Shown here piece by piece: positions 1 to 12,900 of a stretch of DNA of 64,000 bases. The stretch is from Botryllus schlosseri. Lineage: Eukaryota. Position 1 is the first letter of the stretch; the number at the start of each line of letters is the position of its first letter. Below the pieces are notes generated by a model. That model worked only from the letters and a program-made list of their open reading frames with translations, was not told the origin of the DNA and made no database searches. The stretch lies in NCBI GenBank assembly GCA_051294905.1, contig CM119378.1, positions 2,854,001-2,918,000 of the forward strand. The letters run 5' to 3'. Position numbers and translations under genes: made by a program.

Positions 1-2147
1 AGTCGTCATGTGAACGGTGTCGATTAAATCACTGAATCTTGTGTATGTTTGAATTGTTCGCGGTACGCCGGTTTCACTGATCCTCCATCGTTGCATCACA
101 AAGAAATTCCCCGCAAATGAAATGATCAAAGCGTACGCCAGTGGTCGGGGACCTTTTTTTCCGAAGAGCCGTATAGGACCTATTTTTTCCATTTTAACTC
201 CCAAAGAGCCATACATGCAAATCAGCTGTTTCGGCAAAATTGAAAATCTGTGACGTCATGGTAGCACTAATTCGAACCCACTACATGGGACTCGTCGAGT
301 ACGCCACATTTTCTCCGAAAATACTGGTATTTTTACTGTTCGAAAATAAAGCTCGAAACGATAGTTAAGGCTCAGACGGGCCGAGCCTCACTCTTGATAA
401 CGCAATCCATCGTAAATAGCTCAGAATATATTATAACAGATATTAATCAAATGTACCAGTCACACTGATTCCGAAAATCCAAGTACCGATCGACTGCTCG
501 ATTCTCAAAGTGTTCGGCGGTATCAGAACGTTGCGCTGGACGGCTACTTTTAATCGCCGGTACCACAGAGCTAATTAGTAATTACGTGGATGGCTGTGAC
601 GTTGTTTGTAATTCGAGTTTGTAATTGTGAATGTCACATCCACGGCAGTTCAATTCGCACCGTAGATCAGGAAGACAATGTGTATTTGAAAACTTAATTG
701 TGATATGGGCGTTGCTAATATGTCTGCTATGATCTTTGATTATCAACGTATCGCACAATCCAGAATTTCGAGTCGAGTACATAAAATTCGCGACAGATAT
801 TGGTCGCTGGCGAGACAGTAACTTAAATTTGAGGATTTTCGAAAGAGGGGGTCCGAGCCCCTAAACTGAAGACGGCATTGTCTCTACCTCTCAAGGACTT
901 GTATAATTGTTTATACTGCCACGAGAATAGTTATTCTGGCCGTGATGAAAATTTACTAACAAGTGGCTGCAATATTGATCTATTCAGTACAAAAATAAAT
1001 ATTTGGCAAAGAGCCATATCTTATACCCGAAAGAGCCATATATGGCTCGCGAACCATAGGTTCCCGACCACTGAACTAGGCCGACAATTGACTTAGTTAG
1101 CGCATGTCCGTTATTATTGATATTGCAACAAACAACAGGGAAAACTGTAACTTGTAATTTATATGCTTGTATCGCATTTTGTGCCACAGTTGCAGGCCTA
1201 AAGATATTTGCAAGTATATTGTCAATTATTTTGAATTGCAATAGAGGAAAGGGCTACGACATAGGCTCATACATCGACAGTACTCTTTATGAATCGTCGA
1301 TAGGTCATTCAAATAAGTATTCGCTGGCCTCCTCCAAAGTTTGTGATAAAGTTTGCGAGTCATAGGCTCTCGACCACTGGCGTACGCTGTCGTAGTAGTA
1401 GTAGTAGATTAATCTAATAGCAATGTATCTCTGTTTCTTAGACGAATCAGTGCTTACATTGCGCAATGCTCACCTTTACTAACTCACATGTATTATTTAA
1501 ATTGAACGAATAGAGTTTATGCGTATATATTCTCACGGGTGAGTAGAAGGGTAGGGTATTTTACCATATCAATCGGTTAAATCTTTGATCCCAACACTGC
1601 TTCCCAGGCCGTTCCCATATACGGTTATTGCATTGGGGCGAGATTTGTCCAGGGTTTATGTAATTTCTTTCCTCAAACGAAGTACTAGATATAGAAGTCT
1701 GCCGCGCGCCGAACGAATTTGTAAGCAGCACTATATGCGGTGAGGTAATACTCGTCACCTGGCTGACACTGCAAAAGCATGTTTATGAAAGCTAATTTCA
1801 TTTCTACAATCGCATGTGCAATACAACTAGCAGACTACAGGTACCATCTCAGAATTTCAAAAATATTGCAGGAACCACGTATTAGTCATCTATGTCATAT
1901 AGCACACGAACCTGCGCCAGCCTCACTTAAGCATGCGGATTAAAGTTAGAGTCATAGCTGAGATAGGATCAGGGTTAGTGTGGGGTTAGGGTTGCGGCTA
2001 GGGTTAGAGTTAATTAGTTTTGGGATGAGGGGTACAAAGTCACAGGTTCAAATGCAGCATGCTCAAATGTCAGGAAACCAAATGAGCTATCTGAACTATA
2101 TTGGATATTTTTTTGACCTTCATTGAACAATTGATACTGTTTTGAAG

Positions 2148-4044
2148 GCGACGATGAAGTTTGGTTGCATGTAGACGCGGCATATGCCGGTGGAAGTTTC
2201 ATATGTCCTGAATATCGGCATTTCATGGAAGGAGTCGAGGTAACACGGTAGTCGCTTCCCTGGATTCTTACTAATACAGGAATTTCCATTGCAGATGGTT
2301 ACTTCATTCAATTTCAACCCATCGAAGTCGTTGATGGTCAACTTCGACTTTTCAGCGCTCTGGTGTGTAGAGTATGGAATTTTCCTGATATCGAGATGAT
2401 TGAGTAGTAGGCCCATCACTACATCGCTGCATACCAGTCTCAGGACCCAGTGTTCGAAGACGATCAACCTTTATTAGAAAACAGCTGGACTTTTACAGCA
2501 ATACTTTGGAGAAGTGGGCCTATATGCGGAAGATTGTTACATGGTCATTAGGGCTGTTCAAAAATACCTTTTTTTCAGATTCTAGCCAGTCACTGATTAA
2601 ATTGTCAGGTTACCCGAAAAAAAAACGCTGCACACCAAATTTGGGCCAATTCTAACAAGCATAAGCCTCCGCGGATCCAATTAAAAATTTTAATTCATTA
2701 GGGAAGATTTTTAAAAATTCAATTTTTCCTGTCAACTCCATGAAATTGTTGGGCTGTCTACAAAGACGACGCAAATCAAATTTGACTCAATTCCAACCAC
2801 TAGAAGTGGAGCTATTCGAGATTTTCTTTGATAATTCTGGGATTATCCACCGTTCAAGGATAATCCGAGAAGTATCAACGTAAAACTCAAATAACTCCGC
2901 TTCTACTGGTTGGAATTGAGTCAAATTTGTTTTGCATCGTCTTTGAAGACAACCCAACAATTTCATGTGGTTGACAGACAAATTTGAGTTGAAAATTTGA
3001 AAAGTTATTTCTGAACAGCCCTAATGGTCATCGAACAGAGCTGTTATAATTTTCTGGATTTATATTCATCGTATGCTAACACATATCTACGTTTTGCACC
3101 AAGACCTGAGAAGATGCTAGTAAACCAAGTTTGAGTAGGGATTCCTCTGCCAAATTTTATACTATCAATTTCACCTCAGTAGAGCGGAGGTTATAGTTAG
3201 GCTATTCGTTAAAATATCCCTACTCTTATCGGTCAATATGCGTTCGTCGAGTCTCAGAGAGCTATAAGATATTCATGAAAAGATATATAAATGTAGTTGC
3301 TTGGCGTAAGCTTAACTACATTGCACATTTCTGCCCAGGGTCAAGAATAGCGTAGACCTGATCAACTCGTTCAAGGTGGATCCTGTTTTCCTGCGTCACG
3401 ATAATCAGGCAACCACAATCGATTACAGAGTGATTGATTTTACTATTAGTCGAAACTTCAACAATATGTAACATCACGATTTCCTTTTATTCAGCATTGG
3501 CAATTGCCTCTCGGAAGAAGGTTCAGATCGTTAAAGCTTTGGTTCGTAATGAGAATTTTCGGACTGGAAAATATGAGAAAACGCATTCGAGAGGACGCAC
3601 AACACGCAAAGACATTTGAAAAACTTGTGCGCACTGATGATCGTTTCGAAATTTGCTTTCCTGTGCATCTTGGTCTTGTCTGCTTTCGTCTTGTTTTGGC
3701 CGGAGAATGCGATAACGAGGTATCGTACAATCCGCAAAACACTTCTTAGGTATCATAATCCTGGGGTCGTTCATTTGGTAAATTTCTCAGGAGCCACATA
3801 TCCGCCGTATATGCAAAAAGTGTTTACAGCTTCATTACCTCTTCAGAAAATCAACAAGATTAATCAAGACTTACTGAATCGCATCGTCGACTCGAAAGAT
3901 ATTTATATTGTCGGTTCCCGTGTGCGCCAGAGATTTCATCTGCGTCTTGTCACCGGATCAGTGGGTTGCGACGAGAAAGCCGTCAAATTCGCGTGGAAAA
4001 CTATTCAAAGACATGCTTGTTCTGTTCTGCGGGAAAATAAATAG
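2148..4044 (+). CDS. 3' part of a group II PLP-dependent aromatic L-amino acid decarboxylase family gene (DDC/TDC/HDC-like); 5' exons not found in the window
   Basis: Exons 2148-2239, 2295-2362, 3339-3429, 3495-3719 (alternative donor 3692) and 3847-4044 have GT/AG ends and compatible phases. They translate to [27 protein letters not shown] / [23 protein letters not shown] / [30 protein letters not shown] / [20 protein letters not shown]...HLGLVCFRL / [13 protein letters not shown]...ENK*, which are hallmark DDC/HDC motifs including the PLP lysine (NPSK). Confidence 0.92.
2549..3023. mobile_element. Palindromic hAT-type MITE (TAGGGCTGTTCA termini) in a decarboxylase intron
   Basis: Ends TAGGGCTGTTCA...TGAACAGCCCTA, long internal inverted repeat, perfect 8-bp TSD ATGGTCAT (2541-2548 and 3024-3031). 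Confidence 0.9.
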
Positions 4045-5971
4045 TCTTGTGTAGCATGCTAGCATCCCATCAGCAAGGCTAGGTTGCACTGCAATCAAGA
4101 CGAATTCATTCATTTCGTTTTATTCTGTAATGGAGATGCTGGACGCCGACCTGAGCGTAACCAAAATATACGTTACAGCTTGCAATATGTTCATCTCATT
4201 TCCATTTCCACTATTCATTCTATTTAGTCTACTCCAGTGTACCATTATCATCACTCTGTTTACGGGACTCTCTTCGCTGCATTTTATTGCTATCAAAACC
4301 CAATTGTCTGGACTCAATAATCATTATTCAGCTGGTTTGCGAGTTGAATTTCTTGCAATGGGTAGTTTCTTCGCGCTTCGCGCGATCTCCTGTGATTGGT
4401 ATTTTTGAATTGCATGGTTACTTACTGTGTGCAGTACTGGGTCTTATAGCCAATAAGTCTGTCACGGATAAATGTAGTTGAAGTAATATGGCTTGTTAAT
4501 GACAATGCGCAGACCTTCGTATTACACTGCCAAAAAGATCGGCGGCGAAAAAGCCGATCGGTGCCGGTCCGCGACGACTTCAAGCTGATCCGCGAGGTAT
4601 ATTATAATTTTGCACCTTAATTTCAAGGTGCAATATGTTGAAGGCTTGTCCAATGCCCATTGATAAAAGAAATTATAGATCAAAATTTAAACTTATTCAG
4701 AACTTCGCGAAGTAACATTCGGTCTGGAAACAAGTTCAATTTGACTTGATGAAGTTCAAGCCGTGTCATTTGACGACATACGAGCGACAAGTACGAACTA
4801 CGCGCGGATCGTTTATATAAGCACATCACTGAAATAATTAAAATTGGAGTGGCCAATCTAAAATCATACTCGTGATTCGAATAATGTCAATCTCGTTTAG
4901 GATTTCTGTGATGTTTAGGAGTTGAAACCTTTCAAACTGCGTGGGCCTTGAGATCGGGCAGTTGCGCGAGAAATGAAACATAAAAAATACTATAGGAAAT
5001 ATTTACCTTTGAACAGTGGTTATTATTTACTTTTTAAGACACCCCCCTCCATTATGATGGTAAAAGATTTCATTTCGCCCCCTCCATTATGATTGTGAAA
5101 GCTTTCATTCCGCCCTATCTTAATATCACAAAATGCAACCAGGATGCTAGCAAACCTAACGGATAATTTGATGGCATGGAACGTCGATGTCGATGAGAGG
5201 TTTTCAAATATGAAATTCAGACTAACTACAGAGCAATAATTATGATTGGGTTGTAAATCGCGTTGAGCGCGTAATTCTTTTTCAGTTGCGCTCAGCTTCA
5301 CTCGACCCCCCCCCCGTTCATATGCTTTCACGCTCCAGTTTAAGAACCACTGCCTTATAATTATCATGGTGAAATTTACTAAGAAAAAGCAGGGATATCT
5401 ATGACTAGCTCTAGATATCCCTGAAAAAAAGTGTAATCAAGTCCCTGCGTTAATTCGATTTTTGGTACTGATTTTATCAATATTTATATTAACTTTCTTT
5501 AGACTCTCGCGGGCCGCACAGAACGGTGTGGAGGGCCGCATGCGGCCCGCGGGTCGTAGTTTGTCCACCCCTGGCATAGGGTAATTAAGCTGTTAGGTTT
5601 GAATCAACTCATAAACAAGGAATCCTTCCGCATATCGTGACCACTTTGTCTGGACTTCAGCTTGTACTGCTGCGCTAGTTCCCAGAATTTGCTCTTCGAC
5701 AGCTTTATAGGGGAAGTCAATCGATTTCGAAGAAATAAATCAAGTTACACTAGGGTTACCATATACGGACAGACGAATCATCATACAGCTATAGTTAGCA
5801 CAGCGGTCTTTATAGTCGTCAGCAGTGAATCATGACTTAGTTTACGTACCTATTTTGCTGCATTTTTTTAAATAGCCAATGATATATTTAGCAGCCAGCC
5901 AAGACAACAAGCCAACCAGAATATTTTTGCTGTATTTTGTTGCTATTATTGCCAATGATAATAGCAGCAAG

Positions 5972-6030
5972 CCAACCAACCAACCAACCAACCAACCAAC
6001 CAACCAACCAACCAACCAACCAACCAACCA
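5972..6030 (+). repeat. (CCAA)n microsatellite
   Basis: About 15 perfect tetranucleotide units, seen directly. Confidence 0.97.
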
Positions 6031-6467
6031 GAATACTGGATCAGTCATCAATCAGTTATCAATATTTGCGCGTAATCTTTTCGTCTGGGTATAACTGAAT
6101 TGACAAAATTTTCATAAGAAACCCTCCTTCGGTTATGTTACAAATTCGAGTTAGCGTTTATATTATTGATTGTAAATGTTCACATAACTGAACGACTAGT
6201 ACCGCGGTTACGGAGGCACTGTAGCGAGATCATTTCAACTCTACGTGTGGTCAATGTGACGTCACAATGAGAGTAAGATGTACACAAAACAAATATCGAT
6301 CGAGTTTCTGAACGACGAAACGCCTCCATTGCTAGTGTGTTATAGGTTATTCTTTGTAAATGAGTTAGAATCCTGATCAAATCAGCCACTAACTGATCGT
6401 TTTACGTGAATAAAAGACAAACGAATTAAAAATCGAAACTGTCCAAGCCAAAATATCAGTCAGTACC

Positions 6468-8101
6468 ATGCAAGTATTCGATGGGGATTTCTCCGATCTC
6501 GAAGCGGGATTACCCATACTAGCAGCCATCACTGTATCGCTGCTAGCTTCGTTGTATTTTGCGCTAAACGCACTGAGAAGATCGGGCACGAGAGCTCGAA
6601 TTAACGCCTTGATTGGGGGAGGAGCTGCTGAGGATGCGGACGAAGAGGAAACCATGGTACCTGCCGAAGACGGGACAGATCAATCGCCAGAGAATCAAGA
6701 TGGTTGCTCGCCAGCAGACTTCAGAGCTGCCGGAGATGGCTGGGAAGGAGACGATGACATTGATTACGTGATAGACGATGATCTGCTTAATCAAGGTGAG
6801 CAGATTTTCTCTGATTTAAGCTGTCACACTTAACAAGGCCTAGATTTCGATATTGGATAAATGTGCTTGCCAGCTGTAGGCTGTGAGACGGTCAACACTC
6901 TGACTTGCGTCTTATCGACTGTCACGGGTATCGGCGTCCTGGAAGTTATGACGTTAGGGTGTTTTATTGGAACGTGTTTGGGAAGGGATACAGTAAATTT
7001 TATAACACCCATCAAGTTTTGGAAGCAAAACTGGCTTTAGTTGGAGATTGAATTCTCTTGACTCCGACTCAAACCAAGACAAATGCTATCAAATATCACT
7101 AAAATTTGGCAATAAATGTATGTATAATTGTAGACTACTTATCAAAAAACAGAATTTGGTAGCCCAATAGAAGCGCTGTATAACTTTCAATGTATTACTG
7201 TCAGATTGGGTTGAAGTACCCAAGCAGTAGAAGTGTCATTGACAGTAATATATCTTGCATGCTCTCTCTCTCAATACGAGAAATTTTTGAAGAAAAATAT
7301 TATTAAAAGGCAGTGTTATTTGTAAAAAGAATAAAATGTGTCTCATGTAGTTGATATAGTAATATATCTGTCTGCCAGAAACATTACCAAAACTACTCCC
7401 AGTACTGATATACTTATCCAGTTATTACATCCAGTGTGCTTGTTTGTTACGAGCAGTGTAGTGTGAAGGTCTCCGCCTCTTGGTTGTTATATTGATTGCT
7501 GACTCTTGCATAAGGACTGCACCACTATTCCGTTTTATGTAAGTGGCATAAATTATATTGCATTGAGTCGTAGATATTAAAACATGGAATGCTTGCACGA
7601 ATTTCCTTGACTATCCAAGTTTTTATGCTGTTGACATCATATTTGGTGATACGATTGTTTATGGTACAATGTTCTTTCCAATTCCATCCTTGTTGCTAAC
7701 GCTTTCCACTGACAAGCGTCAGGCAACCATATTCAAGTGTATTTCAATATATCTCATTCCAGTGCATATTCGTTCTCTACCAATTTTTCAACCAGTATTT
7801 CCCTGTCCTCTCACTCCCATGTTTTTCAGTACCAGGCGCTTATTCGGATGAAGATTCAGATGACGACAGAGTCATCCTGAGGCGTATACTGATGGTGGCG
7901 GATGATGCGCCAACCCAAACCACACCTAACTTGAACGTGCAGCCGGCCCAGGACGTAAACACACAGCCACCAGTTACTCACAATTCGGCAGAAAACTTCG
8001 GAGACACCGACACTGAATATTCGATGCCAGAAGATACGGACGCGGAAACCCACGCGTTTCACGCCAGAGGCCATGATAAGCACAATGAAACCAGCGAATA
8101 A
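6468..8101 (+). CDS. Putative 2-exon, ~199-aa protein with one N-terminal hydrophobic helix and an acidic disordered tail; function unknown
   Basis: Exon 6468-6795 ends at G|GTGAGC (phase 1). Exon 7830-8101 follows TTTTTCAG and joins in frame with ORF 7892-8101. Hydrophobic segment LPILAAITVSLLASLYFAL is followed by a D/E-rich region. Confidence 0.65.
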
Positions 8102-9909
8102 ATATTGATAGCAACTGATTTTGTGAATTTGGACAAGCCCTTAAGAAAAAAGGGGCGATATATCATTAATCCCTCTTTGACAGCAGAGTTTGACAAGAAA
8201 ATTCCCAGCCTTTCCAAGTTAAAATTATAGATTACAATTCGCAAAAACTTGAACATTGAATGCTGTTCAGTTCATAGCAAATCTGATTTCGTTCTCGTGA
8301 CAATATACACAGTTCTGTAGCATTTTCAGAAAATTATTTCGCTCTAATTAGACAGCTAGAATTATCTATCTGTTCAAGTCTGGGTGACAGGCCATTTCGC
8401 AAATAGTTCTACAAACTAAGTAGATGGAAATTTGAAAAAAAAGTTCTTTTAAACACCCCTAACGTACAGGTAATTTCATCATTTATGAATACGGACTTAG
8501 CTCAAATAACTCTTTCACGAATATAGGAAAGCAAGATGCTATGGGCTTTTCTCCCGAGTTCTAGGAGAACTGCACAAAGTAGTTAATTATTTTACAGAGC
8601 AGATACGACACACATAATGCGCAGTCAACAGCTTTGGCAGCGCATAGCACAGAAACCGCTGTCGCAGTATTTATTGTGATCTTTCTGGCAGGTAAAAGCA
8701 GGCACAGAAATTCTAAATGTACACACTGACTGCGACCATGAAAATTGTAAAATTGGTGATTCCTACAGGAACGTCATGAAACAACGATCAATTATTGACA
8801 TATTTACACAGAGCGATTGGAATTGTAGTATCATCAAACGGCTGGGGAACAGCCGTCATGGATGCTGAAGAAAGTGGAAATTCGTAAATGGAAATTTTAT
8901 TGCTCGAAGAGTGACAAGAAGGCAGTGAACCAGGCCGAAGAAGCGAATTTTAAATTTCAGGCAAAACTTCATTAAGAAGTACAGTTGTGACTCAGGTGAT
9001 CAGTGGAAAAAATACACATTCGACTCCTTCAGTTTCATCCAATCCTATCAACGGAAGACTTGTAACTAGACGCTGACCGATTATATCCGTTTGCCAATAA
9101 TATCGAGTTGACACACACTTTGAAAGGATTGTCAAAATCGGACGTTAGAGGTTAAAAATTTCGGGAAATTTCATGTCTCGACATAGTAGTCGGGAGTCAA
9201 CTATAATATATTATGGCTGTGCTTGGAATGTTGATAGATTTCACTAAATGTTTACTTTTTTGCATTTTGTTGGTGTTCAAGAGGTCGCACTGTCTGTGAA
9301 CTTATTATTTGACATTTTTCATATTGTAGCCTAATTTATAGACCTAGTGTTGTAGACGGCCCATTTTCTTACCATTGTGAATCATAAATCGACCTGAACA
9401 ATCAAGTATGGTGTGATGATCAACGCATCTAAAATTGGGTGAAATTTTCCTAAACTAATGCCGATATCACAAATCTTATCTGAAATTTGGCTGTGTGGTG
9501 GGCACATTGGTTCTTATAGCACAGTGTTTCCAAACGGTATTGGGTGGATTGCGAGATGCTAACACAACACAGATTTGGTTTACGGTCTAAAATGTGAGAT
9601 GTAGAAAACATTGTCGGTATAAAGCAACAGTCTGAGTGTTATTAGCACTCGAGCAGTGTACACTAAACTTCAATGGTGCCAGTAAACAACCGTGCAACAA
9701 TGTCTAATTTAAATACTTGAGAGCAAAATCGTGTCAAAGCGAAGTATTTTACAGTCAAAAAACATCAAAACTTTCAATTTTTGGTGCAAAATCTTTGATT
9801 TTCTAGGGAAAAAAAGATAGTCCCGGTAATAAGACATGATCACTACCAAATTAAACGCAGCAATTATCGATTCAAACATGATAACACAAACGAAGTCGAG
9901 ACACAAAGT

Positions 9910-12900
9910 TCAGTTTCGGGCAGACATGAACAGCAACGTGGACGCCAAAGACGCGTATTCCGGAAAACTGTTGTACACGTGTACCGAGATTCTCACGTAG
10001 AGCTTTTTCTCGATGCACTTAACGGGAACTTCGATGTTAAAGTCGGAGTAAAGACGGTTCTGAATGGTTTCGGCGTCGCTGTAGGAGAGCGCGGGTTTAT
10101 CGGCGTACATGGCAGAAGGCACCGTCACGCAACACATCATCGCTGCAATACCAAGACTATTGTCAAATATGATATAGACGGAAATTTCTCCATTCTCAAA
10201 CCGAAATACTACTCGAGTACATTTTGCCTAGCAAAGCTACTTACTCGCGTGATTCTGAATTGAGTAATGTTTGCGACTCGACTTGACTCGAGACATTTAT
10301 TCAAATGCGTAAAATGACTCGAGACTAGGACGGCCAAGACAGACATTTCATTGTAACTTCGAAGAATAGTAAAGTCACCACACGATTGGTATTTCGTCTA
10401 TCAGAATGACTTGGACTCAGTGGAGAATTGAAAATGACTCAACATGACTAGAGTCAAAACTATAAAAGGTGAGATTGACTTGCGACTCGGAACACTGCAA
10501 CTTGGTTACAACCCTGTCTAGTAATTCCGCGATAGTCGCAAAGACGCACCCTGCAATTTAGAATCAACTACTATGCAACGTCTCAAACAAAATCTACTTG
10601 TTCACTGTTCAAACCTTCCATTTTCTACTTCTAAGACTGAAAATTTACAGCGTTACTTCTACTTCCACTTGAGTACTGATGACTACTTTATCCATCTCTG
10701 CTCTCAAAACAACACCTACCGTGGCATTCGATCGGTGCCAGAAGCTCCGCGTCCCATCTGCTTTGAAAATACTTGACCGCCTCCGTAAGCAGGGTCTGGC
10801 AGTGCTGGCGGATGTTACCCGGACCGACGGTGGTCCAGAAATTCAGGAGAGCATGCAGCGACAAATACGAACAGTAATCTTTTGCACCTATAAAAAAATA
10901 ATAATCGTGTCAAATTGAGCACGCGATTGAATAATATAATCATATTGAAATAAACCCGGATATTTTCGGCTGACACTCGTTAGGGGTAATCGTCAGCGAC
11001 TATAGAATTGGAAAGAACATTGTAAATCAATCCCCAAAATCAACCCTTGTCGTAACTGAAACCCAACCCCAAGTTTAAATACTGTTATTAACAAATCCAA
11101 AATTTCGTTGAGCCATTGTCTTGTGCCTGTTTTTTTCACGCAACCGAACAATTTCATGGGGTATCCAGTAAAAACTTGAAAATTATATTCTATTAAATAA
11201 ATACAAAAGTATTTTCTTATATAGCAAAGCCTCCATAGCTTGGGTTTAAGAGAAACTTGTGGTGTAGCGTCGCTTTTTTTAGGCAACCTAACAATTTGAT
11301 TCAGTATCCAGTAAAATTAGAGAAAGAAAGTTATTTTTGAACAGCCCTAATGCTAATATCTCCAATGGATATTGCCCGTTTAGGCTGTTCAAAATTCAAC
11401 TTCATATTCCCCATATCACTGGTATATTCATTAAATTGTTAGTTAGCGGAAAAAATATCATGCAACAGCACCCAATGTGGTTCAATTCCGGCCGAAATTC
11501 ATGATACTTCCAGATATGGACTATCACTTGGAATTTAGGTAATCAGTTTTCCTGTATTTTACATGCTTGTCAGTTTATTTACTGGTTGCGGTCCATGATT
11601 TAAGTGCCTAAAGGATTTTATCTGGAAATTACATAACTGTTGTTTCGACGAGGCTATTTCAGTGAAATTCACTGGACCTTCTCAAGATGTGAACGCGTGA
11701 CAAAAGCAACACTTCAATTTCAATCTCGGATCGTAAAGCTTCTATTGGTTGACAGGGTTGTAACGATTGGAGTCGTGACTTGACCCTAGTCGCGATCTTT
11801 TGCTGACTCGACTTGACTCGATTCGTAAAATGACTCGACTCGAGTCAATTTTTGTATTGACTCAACTTGTACTCGAGTCATTGTGTATGACTCAAGACTA
11901 GGACAGCAAATTCGGACGCTTCATTGTAACTAGGGCTGGGCAAAATCGAGTACCTGAGTGATTCGATTCTGAATCAAGTAATATGCTTCGAGTCGAGTAA
12001 TCGAGTATCAGCCATTATGACGTCATAACATGATATAATACGTCAAAATTCAAATATCTAAATATTATGCCACCACAAATAATTTAATGCCTGTTATCCG
12101 TCTCATAAATGAGACTTTGGTATTTTTTTCTACCATACCGATTTCATTTCGCTTGGTGATGATGTCGGATAATCATGACTTCGGAAATGTGCTACGTCCA
12201 GTAACCTTCGTAGCTTTGTACCATATGTTTCGTATGCTACGATACAGCCAATCAAGGTTCTAGGGCTTCAACAGTGAAAATGAGTATTGAAACTATAATT
12301 CTCCTTGATAAATTAACATTCAGTGTCGAGAATCGTACAATTTCAGTACTCGAAAAAATCGCCCTTTACTACTCGACTCGAATCATTAAAATTAATACTC
12401 GATTCAGATTCGAGCACTCGAATCATCGGGCCCAGCCCTAATTGTAACTTTGAAGAATAGTTTGGACGACAGTGACTATTTCCCATTTAGATATAAAATA
12501 AAGCAAGATCCAATGTACCTGTCCACAAAAACTGAGAGTGAAAACCTTGGTCGTATCCGTGGGAAATGGTCAAGCCTCTCGTGTACCGTTGCAGCTGCTT
12601 GTTGACGTACAGAAAAGCGCAGCCCTTCGGAGCGCAGAACCACTTGTGACAATTACCCGCGTAGTAGTCGGCCCCCAGTTTGAAGAGGTCCAGATCCACT
12701 TGCCCCAATGCATGGGCGCCGTCCACGAGGACCGGTACTCCCCTACAGGAAAAGAGAGAATGAGCACTAAAATTTTTGGATAATATGATTGAAAAAGGAA
12801 TAGTCAAATTTTCAAAACTAATGACCAGAAATAGAACTAGAACTGCTCACTTTTGAAAACTAGCAACTAGAACTAGTACTCATTTTTCAAATGCAGCAAC

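Noticed and set aside
2148..4044. Assigning the symbol HDC or DDC
   Set aside because: Diagnostic residues conflict (NPSK versus PLGRR, Tyr-to-Phe) and the 5' half is missing.
5842..6094. ORFs with WLVG / PTNQ repeats
   Set aside because: Translation of the (CCAA)n microsatellite.
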